NCBI RefSeq assembly: GCF_006345805.1
Contig: NC_043007.1
Span: forward strand, 59,582,001 to 59,646,000
DNA from: Octopus sinensis
Taxonomy: Eukaryota
Length of the DNA: 64,000 nt
Direction: 5' to 3'
Below are positions 11,835 through 25,049 of the stretch, piece by piece; positions within the stretch are counted from its first letter, which is position 1, and the number at the start of each line of letters is the position of its first letter. The notes beneath the pieces were generated by a model, which had not been told where the DNA came from, did not search any database, and saw only the letters and a program-made list of their open reading frames with translations. The position numbers and the translations under genes were made by a program.

Positions 11835-13623
11835 AAAAACAACCTAGGGGCATTAGCCATGAACAAGGTAGCACCAATAATCATAAAATATATAAAAAAT
11901 ATTCCATGAACAAATGGCAGACAGAGCTACAGCTCCAGACAAAAGAGGGACACATAAAAGCCAAACTGTTACGGCAAAATAATCAGCCAACTCTTATATA
12001 TGGATGATCTAAAACTGTACGCTACAAATGATAAACAGCTGGAAACGTTACTACAGATAGTACATGGATTTACGAAAGAAATAAACATAAAATTTGGCTT
12101 AGAAAAATGTGCCACAGCAACGTTGAAAAGAGGAAAACTAGTTAAGAGTAGCAACATCACACTAGATAAAGCAAATGAATTAAGAGAATTAGGCCAGAGC
12201 CAGACATACAAATAGTTAGGAATCAATGAGCTAGATACGATACAACATGCACAAATAAAAGAGAAGAAAAGAATACTACAGACGTGTTAGATCAATACTA
12301 AAACAGAGCTCAATGCTAAAAACAAGATAATAGGTATTAACACTTTAGCCGTCCCAGTTATAAGTTACAGCTACAATATCCTTAACTGGACACTAAATGA
12401 ACTAATAAAAAAAGGAAAGCAAGAAAAATAATGACAGGATTTAGGATGTATTACCTAGAAAGGTTATATGTATAACGTATCTAAGGTGGTAGAGGCCTTA
12501 TATAGCTAAAAAAAAACTATTACAAAATAACCACCACAGGACTACATAAATACCCATTTCAGAAATAAGGAGGACTAATACAACTAGCCACAAAACACGA
12601 ACAAAACAAAAAGACTATTTTCAGTCTTTAAGGATGCTGACAAATACAAAAAAGAAGTCATAGTATCTAACAACTATGAAGAGAAAGAAGAAATAACGAA
12701 AGCTGTAAAACAACTGAAATCCAAACTAAAACTGGAACAGCAACGGATCATGAGAAAATGAATGCCAAGAAAAGCACCGTCATGGAAAATATTGGGTTAA
12801 ACTAAACAGAAAAGAAATAGACAAAGCAAAATCCTAACGATGGCTGAGAAGATCAGGACTCAAAGTAGAGACTGAAGGATTTTTAATTGGAGCACAAGAT
12901 CAAAGCCTTCCCACCAGAAATTGCCAAAAACATGTAATGGAAAGAAACATGAAAAGTAACTGCAGAATATGTGGAGATAGACAAGAAACAATAAACCATA
13001 TTGCCTCTGGCTGCCCAGTCCTGGCTAAAAAGCAATATATTTACAGACACGACGGAGTTGGAACCTATATACACTGGAGGCTATGCCAACACTATAGAAT
13101 AACAACAGAAAAAAGATAGTATAGGCACACGTCAGAAAAAAGTTACAGAAAATGAGAAAGCAGCCATACTATGGGATATGCCAATACACACAGATAGGAA
13201 AATTAAGGCCAACAAGCCGGATATAGTTGTCAGAGGTCACCAAGAAAAAATGCTTTCTAATCGATGTATCAATACCAAAAGATGACAATATATCTCTAAA
13301 AGAAACGGAGAAACTCTCAAAATACAAAGATCTGGATATAGAAGTAACTCGAATGTGGAGTCTAAAAACAGAAACAATTCCTATCATTGCAGGCGCATTA
13401 AGTATGATAAAAAATATTCAGACAAATATATAAGCAAAACATCAGGACTAACAAGTTTATATATCATACAGAAGATAGCGCTACTAGACACCGCACACAT
13501 CCTACGTAAAACACTTTCAATACAGTAAAAATAAGAGCATCACAACAAACTACAGCACACACCCGAGGCACAGAGTTGCTCTCGGTAGTGCAGTGAAAGC
13601 ACGTGATAAAAATAAGGCTATTG
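11835..13623 (+). mobile_element. R4/Dong-like LINE subfamily A, RT-to-3'-end fragment, degraded
   Basis: ORFs 12000..12215 (MDDLKLY...FGLEKC), 12937..13119 (CRIC...RHDGVG) and 13227..13433 (KYKDL). Subfamily A 3' UTR, then (TAA)n. Confidence 0.88.
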
Positions 13624-13666
13624 AATAATAATAATAATAATAATAACAATAATAATAATGATGATG

Positions 13667-13700
<34 letters not shown>

Positions 13701-13720
13701 TAATAATAATAATAATAATA

Positions 13721-13762
<42 letters not shown>

Positions 13763-13774
13763 CAACAATAATAG

Positions 13775-15236
13775 TTAAGTGCGCGGTGCTTACTTTGAAG
13801 CGTGGGGTAAGAGTAAAATGTAGAGGCATAGAACTGCCAAATGGAGAGAGAATAGAAGATGATGATGGGTACAATTACCTTGGGATCCTGGAGCTGGACA
13901 ATATCTTGCATAAAGAAATGAAAGAAAAGGTCATCACTGCATATTTCAAGTGCCTTAAACTTCTTATGAAATCAAAACTCAACTCAAAGAACCTTGTAAC
14001 TACCATCAACATATGGGCTGTTGGTGCAGTCCACTACTGTGCACCCATCCGGAAATGAACACAAGAGGAAATTAACCATCTCGATCGCACTACCCGAAAT
14101 ACAATGACAATGCATGGTGCCCTCCACCCTCCCTAAAGCGAATGTACACAGGCTCTGCATGAAGAGGGATAAAGATAGACGTTGGCTGATTAGCGTACGG
14201 GAGTGCATCAACAGTCATAGAAGAAACATGACAGAATATTTGCTAAACAGCAAACAAGACGTGCTACAGTATTTTGCATTTTGTTAATGCAGAAGGATTT
14301 AACAAAAATGAACTTGAGAGTGCTCATGAATTCCGATCAAGAACAGTCAACGAGAGAGAAGAAACCCTACTCCACATGGAATTACATGGTCAGTTCCACC
14401 GTGAAACCAACAAATCAAAAGACCAAGAAGCATCATGGAGGTGGTTTAAAAAGGGTGACCTAAAAAATAATACAGGAAGTCTAATCATTTTAGCCCAGGA
14501 CCAGGTATTGAATACCAACTCAGTGAAAAAGAATATATACCACACAAGTGCAACGGACTTCTGCAGAATGTGTGGGAAGAGGGTCGAAAGCGTGATTCAT
14601 ATTGTTAGTGCTTGTGAAAGTCTTGCGCAGAAAGCGTGCAAGCATAGACACGACAAGGTAGCCCAAAACCTCTACTAGGTACGATGCCGTAAGTATGGAT
14701 ATGAAGTTACGAGTGCTTGGCGCCAACATACGCCGGAAAAGTTAATGAATGAAAAGGGGAAGGCAAAAATCCTCTGGAACTTTGACTCCCAGACAGACAA
14801 GGTATTAGAGCACCGAAGTCCGGATATAGTAACCTTTAGGAGGGATAAACAAGAATGCCTAACAATTGACGTGGGAATGCCAAGAGATCAGCATATCATC
14901 ATGAAAAAAAGAGAAAAGGCTGATAAATATGGAAACCTGCGAATTGAGATCGTTAAGATGTGGCAGCTACGCGAGTCAAATATAAAGCTTATCCATATTG
15001 TCATCGAAGCATTGGGTTAAATACCACCCAATCTGAAAAAAACATCTGTAAACTTTAGAGATACCCTACAATCTAGGTGTATTGCAAAAGTCGATGTTAC
15101 TTGGAATGGTACGCATATTGTGTAAAGTACTGTTTGTCTGAGGTTCTTGTTGTGACTTGACAAACAGTACAATCCCCCGGTAGACACAATATCTTCAATC
15201 AACAACCTCACGTTATTGTACACTGTGCGACGTCTA

Positions 15237-15237
<1 letters not shown>
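13775..15237 (+). mobile_element. R4/Dong-like LINE subfamily C, degraded 3' part
   Basis: YNYLGILE...KSKLNSKN (13603 ORF end), AQDQVLNT...CRMC...RHDKVA (14274..14678), LWNFDSQTDK...PDIV (14745..15020). Flanked by TAA/TTA arrays. Confidence 0.85.
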
Positions 15238-15325
<88 letters not shown>

Positions 15326-15330
<5 letters not shown>

Positions 15331-15419
15331 TGGTTTTATTTTTATAGCGTGCTTTCACTTCACTATCGAGCGCAGCTCTGTGTGCCATGGGTATGTGCTG
15401 TGATTTGTTGTGATGCTCT
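15326..15419 (-). mobile_element. Subfamily A 3' UTR only (extremely 5'-truncated insertion)
   Basis: About 95 bp nearly identical to the 3' UTR at 15487 onward. (TTA)n on both sides. Confidence 0.85.
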
Positions 15420-15436
15420 TATTATTATTATTATTA

Positions 15437-15486
<50 letters not shown>

Positions 15487-15491
<5 letters not shown>

Positions 15492-18025
15492 TGTTTTATT
15501 TCTATAGCGTGCTTTCACTTCACTACCGAGCGCAGCTCTATGTACCTTAGGTATGTGCTGTGATTTGTTGTGATGCTCTGATGGTTATTGTATGGAAAGT
15601 GTTCTGCGTAGGATGTGTGCAGTGCCTAGTAGTGCAATTTTCTGTATGTTATATGTGTTTGTAAGTCCTGATGTTTTTGTTATGTATTTGTCTGAATATT
15701 TTTTTATCATGCCTAATGCACCTACTATGATAGGAATTGTTCCTGTTTTTAGATTCCACATTCTGGTTATCTCTATTTCCAGGTCTTTGTATTTTGAAGT
15801 TTCTCCATTTCTTTTAGAGACACGTTGTCATCTGCCGGTATTGATACATCAATTAGAAAGCATTTTTTTCCTTCATGATCTCTGACAACTATATCTGGTC
15901 TGTTGGCCTTAATTTCTCTATTTGTGTGTATCGGCATATCCCAGAGTATGGTTGCTTTCTCGTTTTCTGTGACCTATTCTGGTGTGTGCCTATACCATCT
16001 TTTTTCTGTTGTTATTCCATAATGTTGGCATAGCTTCCAGTGTATGTAGGTTCCAACTCTCTCATGTCTGTGAATATATTCCTTCTTAGCCAGGACTAGG
16101 AAGCCAGAGATAATATGATTTATTGTTTCTTGTCCATCTCCACATATTCTGCAGTTACTTGTTATATTTCTTTTCATTACATGTTTTTGGTAATTCTGGT
16201 GGGGAGGCTTTGGTCTTGTGCTGCAATTAAAAATCCCTCTGTCTCTGCTTTGAGTCCTGAGCTTCTCAACCATTGCTGGGATTTTTCTTTGTCTATTTCT
16301 TTTGCGTTTAGTTTAGTCCAGTATTTACCATGAAGGGCTTTTCTTGCCATCGTTTTATCATGGTTCGTTGCTGTACTATTTTCGGTTGGATTTCATTTGT
16401 TTTATAGCTTTTGTTGTTTGTTTTCTATCTTCTTATTTCTTCTTCTTCTTCTTCTTCTTCTTCTTCTTTTCTTCTTCTTCTTCTTCTTCTTTAGTCTTAT
16501 TTCTTCTTCTTCTTCTTTTCTTCTTTTCTTCTTCTTCTCTTCTTCTTCTTCTTTTCTTCTTCTTCTCCTCCTCCTCCTTTCTCCTCCTTCCTTCTTCTTC
16601 TTCTTCTTCTTCTTCTTCTCTTCTTCTTCTTCTTCTTCTCTCTTTTCTTCTTCTTCTTCTTTCTTCTTCTTCTTCTTCTTCTTATTTATTAGGTGGTATG
16701 ATTTCGTGTTTGTATTTGTCAGCTTCCTTAAATACTGAGAACAGTTTTTTGTTTTGCTCGTGTTTTGCCGCTATTTGTATCAGTTTTCCTTCCTTCTGAA
16801 GTAATTTTTTTGCAGTCCTATAGTGGTTATTTTATAGTAGTTTTTCAGCTGTATAAAGGCCTCTACCACCTTCTATACGTTGTATATATAGTCTTTCTAT
16901 GTCAGATTTTGGGTGATGCATCCTAGATCCTGTCATTATTTTTCTTGTTTTCCTATCTATTTTGGTCAGTTCATTTAGTATCCAGTTAAGGATATTGTAG
17001 CTGTAACTTATAACTGGGACAGCTAAAGTGTTAATACCTATTATCTTGTTTTTAGCATTGAGCTCTGTTTTTAGTATTGATCTAACTCGTCTATGATATT
17101 CTTTTTTTATTTTCTCTTTCATTTGTCTGTGTTGTGTCTTATCTAGTTCATGGATTCCTAAGTATTTGTAAGTTTGGCTTTGGTCTAATTCTTTTATTCA
17201 TTGGTTCTATCTAGTGTGATGTTGTACTCTTAACTAGTTTTCCTCTTTTCATGGTTACTTTGGCGCATTTTTCTAATCCAAATTCATATCTATTTCTTTG
17301 GTAAATCCATGAACAGTCTTTAATAGTGTTCCAGCTGTTTGTCATTTGCAGCGTATAGTTTTAGGTCATCCATATATAAAGGTGGCTGATCGTTTTGCCG
17401 TAACATTTATATCCGCATCCAGTTCTATTTAGCATATCAGATAGAGGTGACAGTGCCAAGCAGAAAAGGAGTGGAGAGAGCGTGGTCTCCCTGGAATATT
17501 CCTCTTCTAATGGGGATGGCTTTGGTTTTCATGAGTTCCTTTTTTGTTTGGAGGTGTAGCACTGTTTGCCATTTATTCATAGAGTGTCTTATGAATTTTA
17601 TAATTGTTGGTGCTACTTGTTAATGGCTAGTTTTCGAGGATCCATGTGTGGGGGATGCTATCAAGACGCCTTTTGTAGTCGATCCAGGCCATACTGAGGC
17701 CTTTCTTCTTTCTGTGGCTGTCTTCAGTTATGGCTTTATTAATCATTAGTTGATCTTACAGCCATATGAGCCTTTGCAGCATCCTTTCTGCTCTTCTGGA
17801 AACAGGTTGTTTCGTCCAGGTGCTTGTTCAACCTTTGCGATATCACTGCAGTAAATGCCTTGTACATTGTAGGGAGACAGGTTATTGGTCTGTAGTTTTC
17901 TGGTTTTGCTGTCTCATTTGATTTGGGAATTAAGATGGTTTTCCCCTTCGTGAGCCATTCAGGCATTGTCTCTGGCTCTGCCAGAATGTTGTTAAAGTTT
18001 TCAGCCAGCTTTTTGTGCATTCCTG
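15487..18025 (-). mobile_element. R4/Dong-like LINE subfamily A, RT + RLE, disrupted, with internal (GAA)n expansion
   Basis: ORFs 17739..18020 (PEWLTKG...NYRPITCL), 16832..17122 and 15974..16273. GIFQGDHALS and YMDDLKLY are readable at about 17350-17500. Confidence 0.9.
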
Positions 18026-18045
18026 TTAGGTTATTATTATTATTA

Positions 18046-18091
<46 letters not shown>

Positions 18092-18123
18092 GTAATAATA
18101 ATAATGATGATGATAATGATGAA

Positions 18124-18192
<69 letters not shown>

Positions 18193-18670
18193 GCAGTAAC
18201 AGCATAGGAGAAGACGACAATAACAAACAAAAAGAAAATGATAATGAAACAGAAGAAAAAGCAACAGAGAGGAGGAAGAGACGGGAGAAGAGGTAGGAGT
18301 AGGGGGGAAGCAACCATTAGAAGCATGGACCCATATATATTATCAATGCACAGTATGATGTACATTGATATTTATGTATGCACCTAATAGCTAGCATGCA
18401 TGCACTTGTACATTATATACTATTGTACAAACACATTAATCTATGTACATACATATTGATATGAATGCACACGTACATATAGACAGTCTTTCTCACTCTA
18501 CCTCTGACTCTCTCTCACTTTGAATATATACATGCAAATATATATGTATGTATATACATACTCATACAAATCTCTCCCTCTCTATTCTGTCTATTGTCTG
18601 TCGGTCGTCTCTCTGTATATATTATATATATATAATATATATATATATAATATATGTATATATATATATG

Positions 18671-18717
<47 letters not shown>

Positions 18718-18747
18718 CATATATATATATATTATATATATATATAT

Positions 18748-18818
<71 letters not shown>

Positions 18819-20425
18819 ATATACACTTATAGATACACAAATATATATTGAACATGTATATTGAAAAAAAGAAAAATCTACGAAGGTATACTTATATTTA
18901 CTTCAAAACGACACATTTAGCTGCTGTTTCAAGGAGTGTTGCATTTTTTTTGTTTTTGTAAATATGGAAAGCAACTATAACATAAAAACTGTAAAAAAAC
19001 AAACATTATAATCATCATGAATAACAAAAACAACAACAACAACAGCAACACCAACAATAACAACGACGACGAACAGCAAACTCTTATATTTAGATTGCTT
19101 TGTATCTTCCTGAGTAGGTATTGGTATTGTTGTTCTTGCTGTTGCTACTGATGTTGTCGTTGTCGCCATTGTAGTTCTTATAGTTGCTTTTTTTTTTACC
19201 TGTTTTTTTATTGTTGTTGCTCTTTCTCAAAATAATATTGTGTTCATAAAACGTTTCATGGCAGTTGAGAACGCTCTGCATGCACTATTTTAAGATACGT
19301 TTTTATGATTGCAATTTATTTTTATGCTCATTTTGTGTGCACCAAGTACTTTTTCTTTCTTTTTTTCTTTGTTTCGTTTCAGTTTTTCTTCTGCGTCACT
19401 TCACAAAGAAATGCTAGCGACGAAAACGATGAAGTAATATCCTATAGAATATGGAGAGAAAAGAGACAGAAAAATAGAAGAGAAAGATAAAAATGAAGAG
19501 ATATAATATATTCTTGATGAAAGATGGGGTTAATTATTAAAAAAAGCTCTTAGCATTTACTTATGAAACCCACAGCAAGTGTACATTCGAGGAGACTAAA
19601 GTTTATCTATAGAAAAACAACAAAACAAAAAAATATTGTTAATAAAAATAGAATGTCAATAAAAACAAAACGTATTTTTATACAAAACATTTACCAAAGT
19701 GGCTGCCGATTTTAAATGTTGCATTACATGACTCTGGTTTTGGGGTTAAAAGAAAAAGAAAATGACATGTAGTTAAAAGTTATCGTAAGAATATTGGCTG
19801 TATTATTGATATTAAATTTCTTACTCTTTTGTTGTCTAGTTACTCTGTTACATCACTTAGTCGGTAGTCTATACATATTGGCGAGAGAAGAGATATATTA
19901 ACAACGACAACCAAGTTGGCTCTCTTATATTTATGGTTGATCAATCTCTAACTTCTTCTTTTCTTCTTCTTCTTCTTCTTCTTCTTCTTCTTCTTCTTCT
20001 TTTCTTCTTCTCTTCTTCTTCTTTCTTCTTTTCTTCTTCTTCTTCTTTCTTCCTTCCTCTCCACATCTTCTTCTTCTTCTTCTTTTTCCTATCCTCCACC
20101 TCTTCTTCTTCTTCTCTTCTCTTCTTCTTCTTCTTCTTCTTCTTCTCTTCTTCTTCTCCTCTCCTCCTACCTTCTGTGGCATCCGTCCGTCTCGAGAGAC
20201 GATGTGTGTAGTTCGGAAAAGGTGGTGGGTTTATCTGACTTCCTGGTGTGGCGTGCAGACCAATCACCTCTTCCTGTTGAGCTACAAGGCCTGGGCAGGT
20301 TTGTATGAGGGATCAGCTGTGCCCATGCAGTTTGTTGATCCACCCTCTACACGTTATTTCTTTTTCGTTTCTTCTTCTCTTCTCTTCTTCTTCCTTTTCT
20401 TATTCTTCTTCTTCTTCTTCGTCTC

Positions 20426-20502
<77 letters not shown>

Positions 20503-20503
<1 letters not shown>

Positions 20504-21420
20504 TTCTCTTTATCACAGGTTTTGTTGGAGCTCCTGGAGTCTTGCATGCGTAGCGGGCTTGCTACCTGCAGCCTACGGTACCATGCTGTTCGTTCTTTTC
20601 AGCTATCAAATACTTTCCTGATTATTCTGGCCGTGCCAAGGAAGCAAACCTTTTGTAACAGTTCTACAGGGCACTCTATTCCATTTTTTAAAATATTTCT
20701 CTTGATGCCTTCAGATACTGTTCCCAAGGACCCAACAATAATTGGTACTATCTTCACCTTCATTTTCCATAGCCGGGCTATTTCGTACTTAAAAGGGTTG
20801 TATCTAACTATCTTTTCGTCTTCCTTCTTGACTATTTGTGGGTCAAAGGGGCATACAACATCAACTATATAGCATATGTGGTGCACCTTGTTCACCACCA
20901 CTAGGTCCAGTCTGTTATGCTCTAGCACCTGATCTGTTTGGATTGGGAAATCCCAGAGGATTTTGTTAGTCTCTGGCTCTGTCACTCTCGATGGTTTGTG
21001 CTCATACCACGTCTCTCTAGCCCCCACTTTTCGCTACCTGGTCGTGTCGCCACAACTTGTAATGGTTTTGGGCAAGTCTAGGGTATTCGTTCGTGATCTG
21101 GGTATGATTTCTGTTACTCTATTGCAGATGCAGCACAGAGGGGTCACTTATTCATTCCTCAGGTTGACCCACCAGTTCGTGGCCAGAGCCTGGTCCTGCG
21201 CTGCCAGTAGAGTGCTCTTGGTCTCTTTTTTTAGTGTTCCTTTCATCAGTCAATCCAACCTATTTTATCCTGCAACTTCTATTGTGGCTACATGGAATTG
21301 ATTGTGTAGTCCCTTCTTGCGTAATTCTTTTTCATGTCCTTTTTATACTCCTTCCTTTGTTTTCCCTTTTTTCTCTGCTCTAAATATCCTCTAGTTCCTA
21401 ACTGTCGCTAGCAAGGTTTC
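20503..21420 (-). mobile_element. R4/Dong-like LINE subfamily E, 3' fragment
   Basis: ORF 20599..21027 WYEHKP...LWDFPIQTD...IVDVVCPFD...KYNPFK-like...GTARIIRKV. (TTA)n on both sides. Confidence 0.85.
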
Positions 21421-21443
21421 ATTATTATTATTAATTATTATTA

Positions 21444-21529
<86 letters not shown>

Positions 21530-21530
<1 letters not shown>

Positions 21531-23179
21531 CTATGTTGACTTTTGCTTTATATTTGTACAAGTTGGCTCCAAGTCTCACCCAGAGACCTCAAGAGACAAC
21601 AGGTTGGAAGTTCATGTTGTTATGCCTAGTGTGCCATATATTTGGGGGGAGTTTTGGTGTTGTACTAATGAATGTCTAAAAAAAAATTTTTTTTTTTTTT
21701 AAAAACCGAAAAAAATTATGTGTGTTTAAACCTTGAGATTACATAGAAAGTATTTTGCGTAGGATATGAGCAGTTCCCATGAGCACTATCTTTGAATTTC
21801 TGCCATTTTTGGGTTTTGGTATCTGAGTTAGGTAGCTATCAGCCCCTTTTGCTATCATTCCCAGGGCACCTATGACAACAGGTATGTTTTAGTCTTCAGC
21901 TTCCACATTTTGCTGATTTCTATTTCAAGATCTTTATATTTGCTCAGTTAGTTTTGGTAGGTCTTGACAGATACGTTTATATCGATTGGGACAGTCATAT
22001 CAATGAGGAGGCATGTTCTTTGTTTGAAGTCTTTCAATATGATGTCTGGCCTTTTGCATCATCTTTCTGTCAGTTTGAATGGTGAAGTTCCAGAGGAGTG
22101 AGATGTGGTCATTTTCAAGCACTGGGGTGGTATGTGTCCCACCAGTTTTTTTCATGGGACAAATCCAGGTTTTTGCAGCTTACCCAGTGAATATATTGTG
22201 CAGCTCTATCGTGTCTGTTGAGATACTTTGTAGGCGCTAGAAGACTGCACTTGGAGACCACATGGTCAATGGTTTCATTTTGTTGCTGGCATACACGACA
22301 CGTTGGACTGCTTCTGAACTTTAATATGTTGGCCTGGTAGTTTCTTGTTGGTAGGCATTAATCTTGAGCTGCTATGATAAACCCTTCTGTTTCAGATTTT
22401 AAGCCAGAGGCCATTAGCCATTGATAGGTCAGGGCTTTGTCAACATCTGCAATTTGCTCTTCTTTGGGTATTACCATAGAGGTTCTTGCCATTTATCATT
22501 CAGATATCTAAGGCCGCAGATTTGGCACGGGTTTTCATGCGCTTAGCTTTTTCTGTGATTGTTTCTGTATGTCTATCTCTAATTCCGAAATTTTGTATCG
22601 GAATTCATTTAGATATTCCTTTGCTGTTGGTTTACTGAGTATGATGCTTCTTGTTTTCATGTTTTGAGACAAGTTTTAACATCCAGTCCTCAGAGTTTTT
22701 CAGTAGGTGTCAAGGCCAATTGTAGCAATCTTCATTGTTATTGCCAGTTGTAAAAGTCCACGGCCTCCCTCTTTTCTTGGCAGATAGAGTCGTTCTGTAT
22801 CTGCCTGAGGGTGGTGCAGTCTATGCATTGTCAACAGTTTTCGTATTTTTCTGTCAAGATTACATATTTCAGTAATTGACCAGTTAACGATATTGAAAAC
22901 TGTAAGTCATGACTGGTATGGCTAATGCATTGATCGCGATCCTGTTTCTCGCATTCAACTCTGTCTGAGTATTGATCTTACTCTGCGATAACATTCTCTC
23001 TGATCCTTTCCTTCATCTCTGAATGCCTTATTCCTTCTCCTTCAATTACCTCTAGATACTTGTAGTTCTCTGCTGGGTCTAATTCTTTTATGACATTCTG
23101 CTGGTCAAGGTTAACGTTAGATGATTCTGTCATTTTTCCTTTGATAAAGGTAGCTTTTGCACACTTATCGAGGCCATAA

Positions 23180-23180
<1 letters not shown>
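21530..23180 (-). mobile_element. R4/Dong-like LINE subfamily F, RT C-terminus to 3' end, degraded
   Basis: ORF 22978..23271 (YGLDKCAKATF...YKYLE). RLE-region motifs lie at about 21800-22400. The 3' UTR is shared with 51253-51572. Confidence 0.85.
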
Positions 23181-23237
<57 letters not shown>

Positions 23238-23239
23238 TA

Positions 23240-24190
23240 TTTTCATTAGCATCTTTCAATTCTGTTTCCATTTCTTGCCGACACCTAGAGCAGAGAAACG
23301 TACTGTATACATTGGTAGGCCATTAAAATAAACACATCAGATTGTTCAGTTACAAAGTCCAGTGATAGTGAATATGGAAAAAATAAAAGATAAAAAAGCA
23401 AACAAATAGAATAAAGGGGCAAAAAAGACAATGTTCTTCTCAATACATGAGACGTACCAGTTAAGACAATCTTTTGCACTTCCTGCATGGATGGTAAACC
23501 TGGGATCATTCTTAAATAATTTTCAGTTCTTGTTTTGATCATTCTAAGTGCTTCTACAATCACTGGTATTGTAACCGTCTTGAGATGCCACATCTTTTCG
23601 ATTTCGATTTGTAAATCTTTATATTTTCTGAGCTTATCAAATTCTTTTGCTGAGATATTATGGTCATAGGTATGTCAATCAATAAAATGACTTTACTGTT
23701 TTGGTCTTTCACAACAATATCTGATTTATTTGCTTCGATAAGCTGGTCTGTACATACTGGAAAGTCTCAAAGAATCGTTACATTTTCTCCCCCAGTTACA
23801 GCCTCAGGGTGGTGCTCGTACTATTTGTCAGCAGATATGATTTTATAATGCCGACACATTATCCAAAGTAGATATTGGCCAACTCTGTCAGGTCTCTTTT
23901 ATCTCTAGAAACCTTACATCCAGAGATTAGGTGGTCCACTGTTTCCATCCCATCGTCGCAGTATCGGCACTTTTGGCTTGATAATTCCGGGTCAATAAGC
24001 TCTGATCTTGGACAGCCAAGATAATACTTTCACTCTCTGCCGTTAGCCCTGAGCTCCGTAGCCACTGATGGGTGTGCTTCTAGTCTATATCAGCTTGCTT
24101 GCTACGGGCCACATATTTGCATGCAGAGGTGAGACACTTCCCTACTTTGTTCAGATCGAAAGTGCTCACGGGCAATATCAAAGGTCCGAG
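23240..24190 (-). mobile_element. R4/Dong-like LINE, subfamily B-related 3' fragment
   Basis: ORF 23285..23593 (VTIPVIVEAL...VLTGTSHVLRRTL). The 3' UTR (TACATTGGTAGGCCATTAAA; TCGGCAAGAAATGGAA) matches copies 1 and 2 of subfamily B. Confidence 0.85.
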
Positions 24191-24199
24191 TTTGTTGAA

Positions 24200-24315
24200 T
24201 GGGATCGGAGTTAAAAGTGATCATAATTGAAGGATAATCTAATTTTATCTAAGTGGTAGCTTCTGACGCTTGAAAACATGACTGGAAACAATACCTCCGC
24301 CTTCGCTAAGGCGGA

Positions 24316-24319
<4 letters not shown>
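24200..24319 (+). mobile_element. 3' end of Helentron-like non-autonomous element
   Basis: Terminal hairpin TACCTCCGCCTT-CGCT-AAGGCGGAGGTA (24292-24319), identical to 37786-37813 and preceded by a similar GACTGGAAACAA. Confidence 0.6.
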
Positions 24320-24374
<55 letters not shown>

Positions 24375-25010
24375 TGTCATGGATCGGTTGTTCATGGATG
24401 ACCTCAAACTTTATGGTAAAGATGAATCCCAAGTCTGTTCCCTCGTTGATACAGTGTATACTTTCAATGCTGATATCAGAATAGAGTTCAGACTGAAAAA
24501 GTGTAGTGTGTTAGTCTTGAAGAGAGGCAAAATTAAACGTATGGACGGGCTAGCGATACCGTCGGGGGATGTTGTGAAGCAAATAGAATAGATGGACTAT
24601 AAGTACTTGCGGATATTGGAAATGGATAAATTAATGAAGAAAGAAATGACAGAGAAATTTAAAGTGGAGTACTTGCACAGACTGAGACTGATCCTTAAGT
24701 CGAAATTAAACAGATGGAATAAGATTGAAGCTATCAACACCAGGGCGGTTTCACTCCTTAGATATGGAGCTGGGGTAGTCGCATAGACAGTAGACGAATT
24801 AAACAGCTTAAACAGAAAGACGAAGAAGTTGCTGACTAGATATGGGATACGCCACACAAAAAGTAACACAGACAGGCTCTATGTACCAAGAAAAAGAGGG
24901 GAAGAGGACTGATTGGATGCGAACACAGCATTAGAGCAGAAGAAAACAACATAGCATGGTATGTAAAAAATGCCACCGAAGCGCTATTGTTGGAAGTCGA
25001 AAAATAATAG
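24375..25010 (+). mobile_element. R4/Dong-like LINE RT fragment
   Basis: LFMDDLKLYGKD...LKKCSVL (24379..24591) and YKYLRILE...KSKLN (24592..24786). Confidence 0.8.
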
Positions 25011-25049
25011 TGGTGAGGACGTTGGTGACGAATGTTGCCTTACTCCAGT

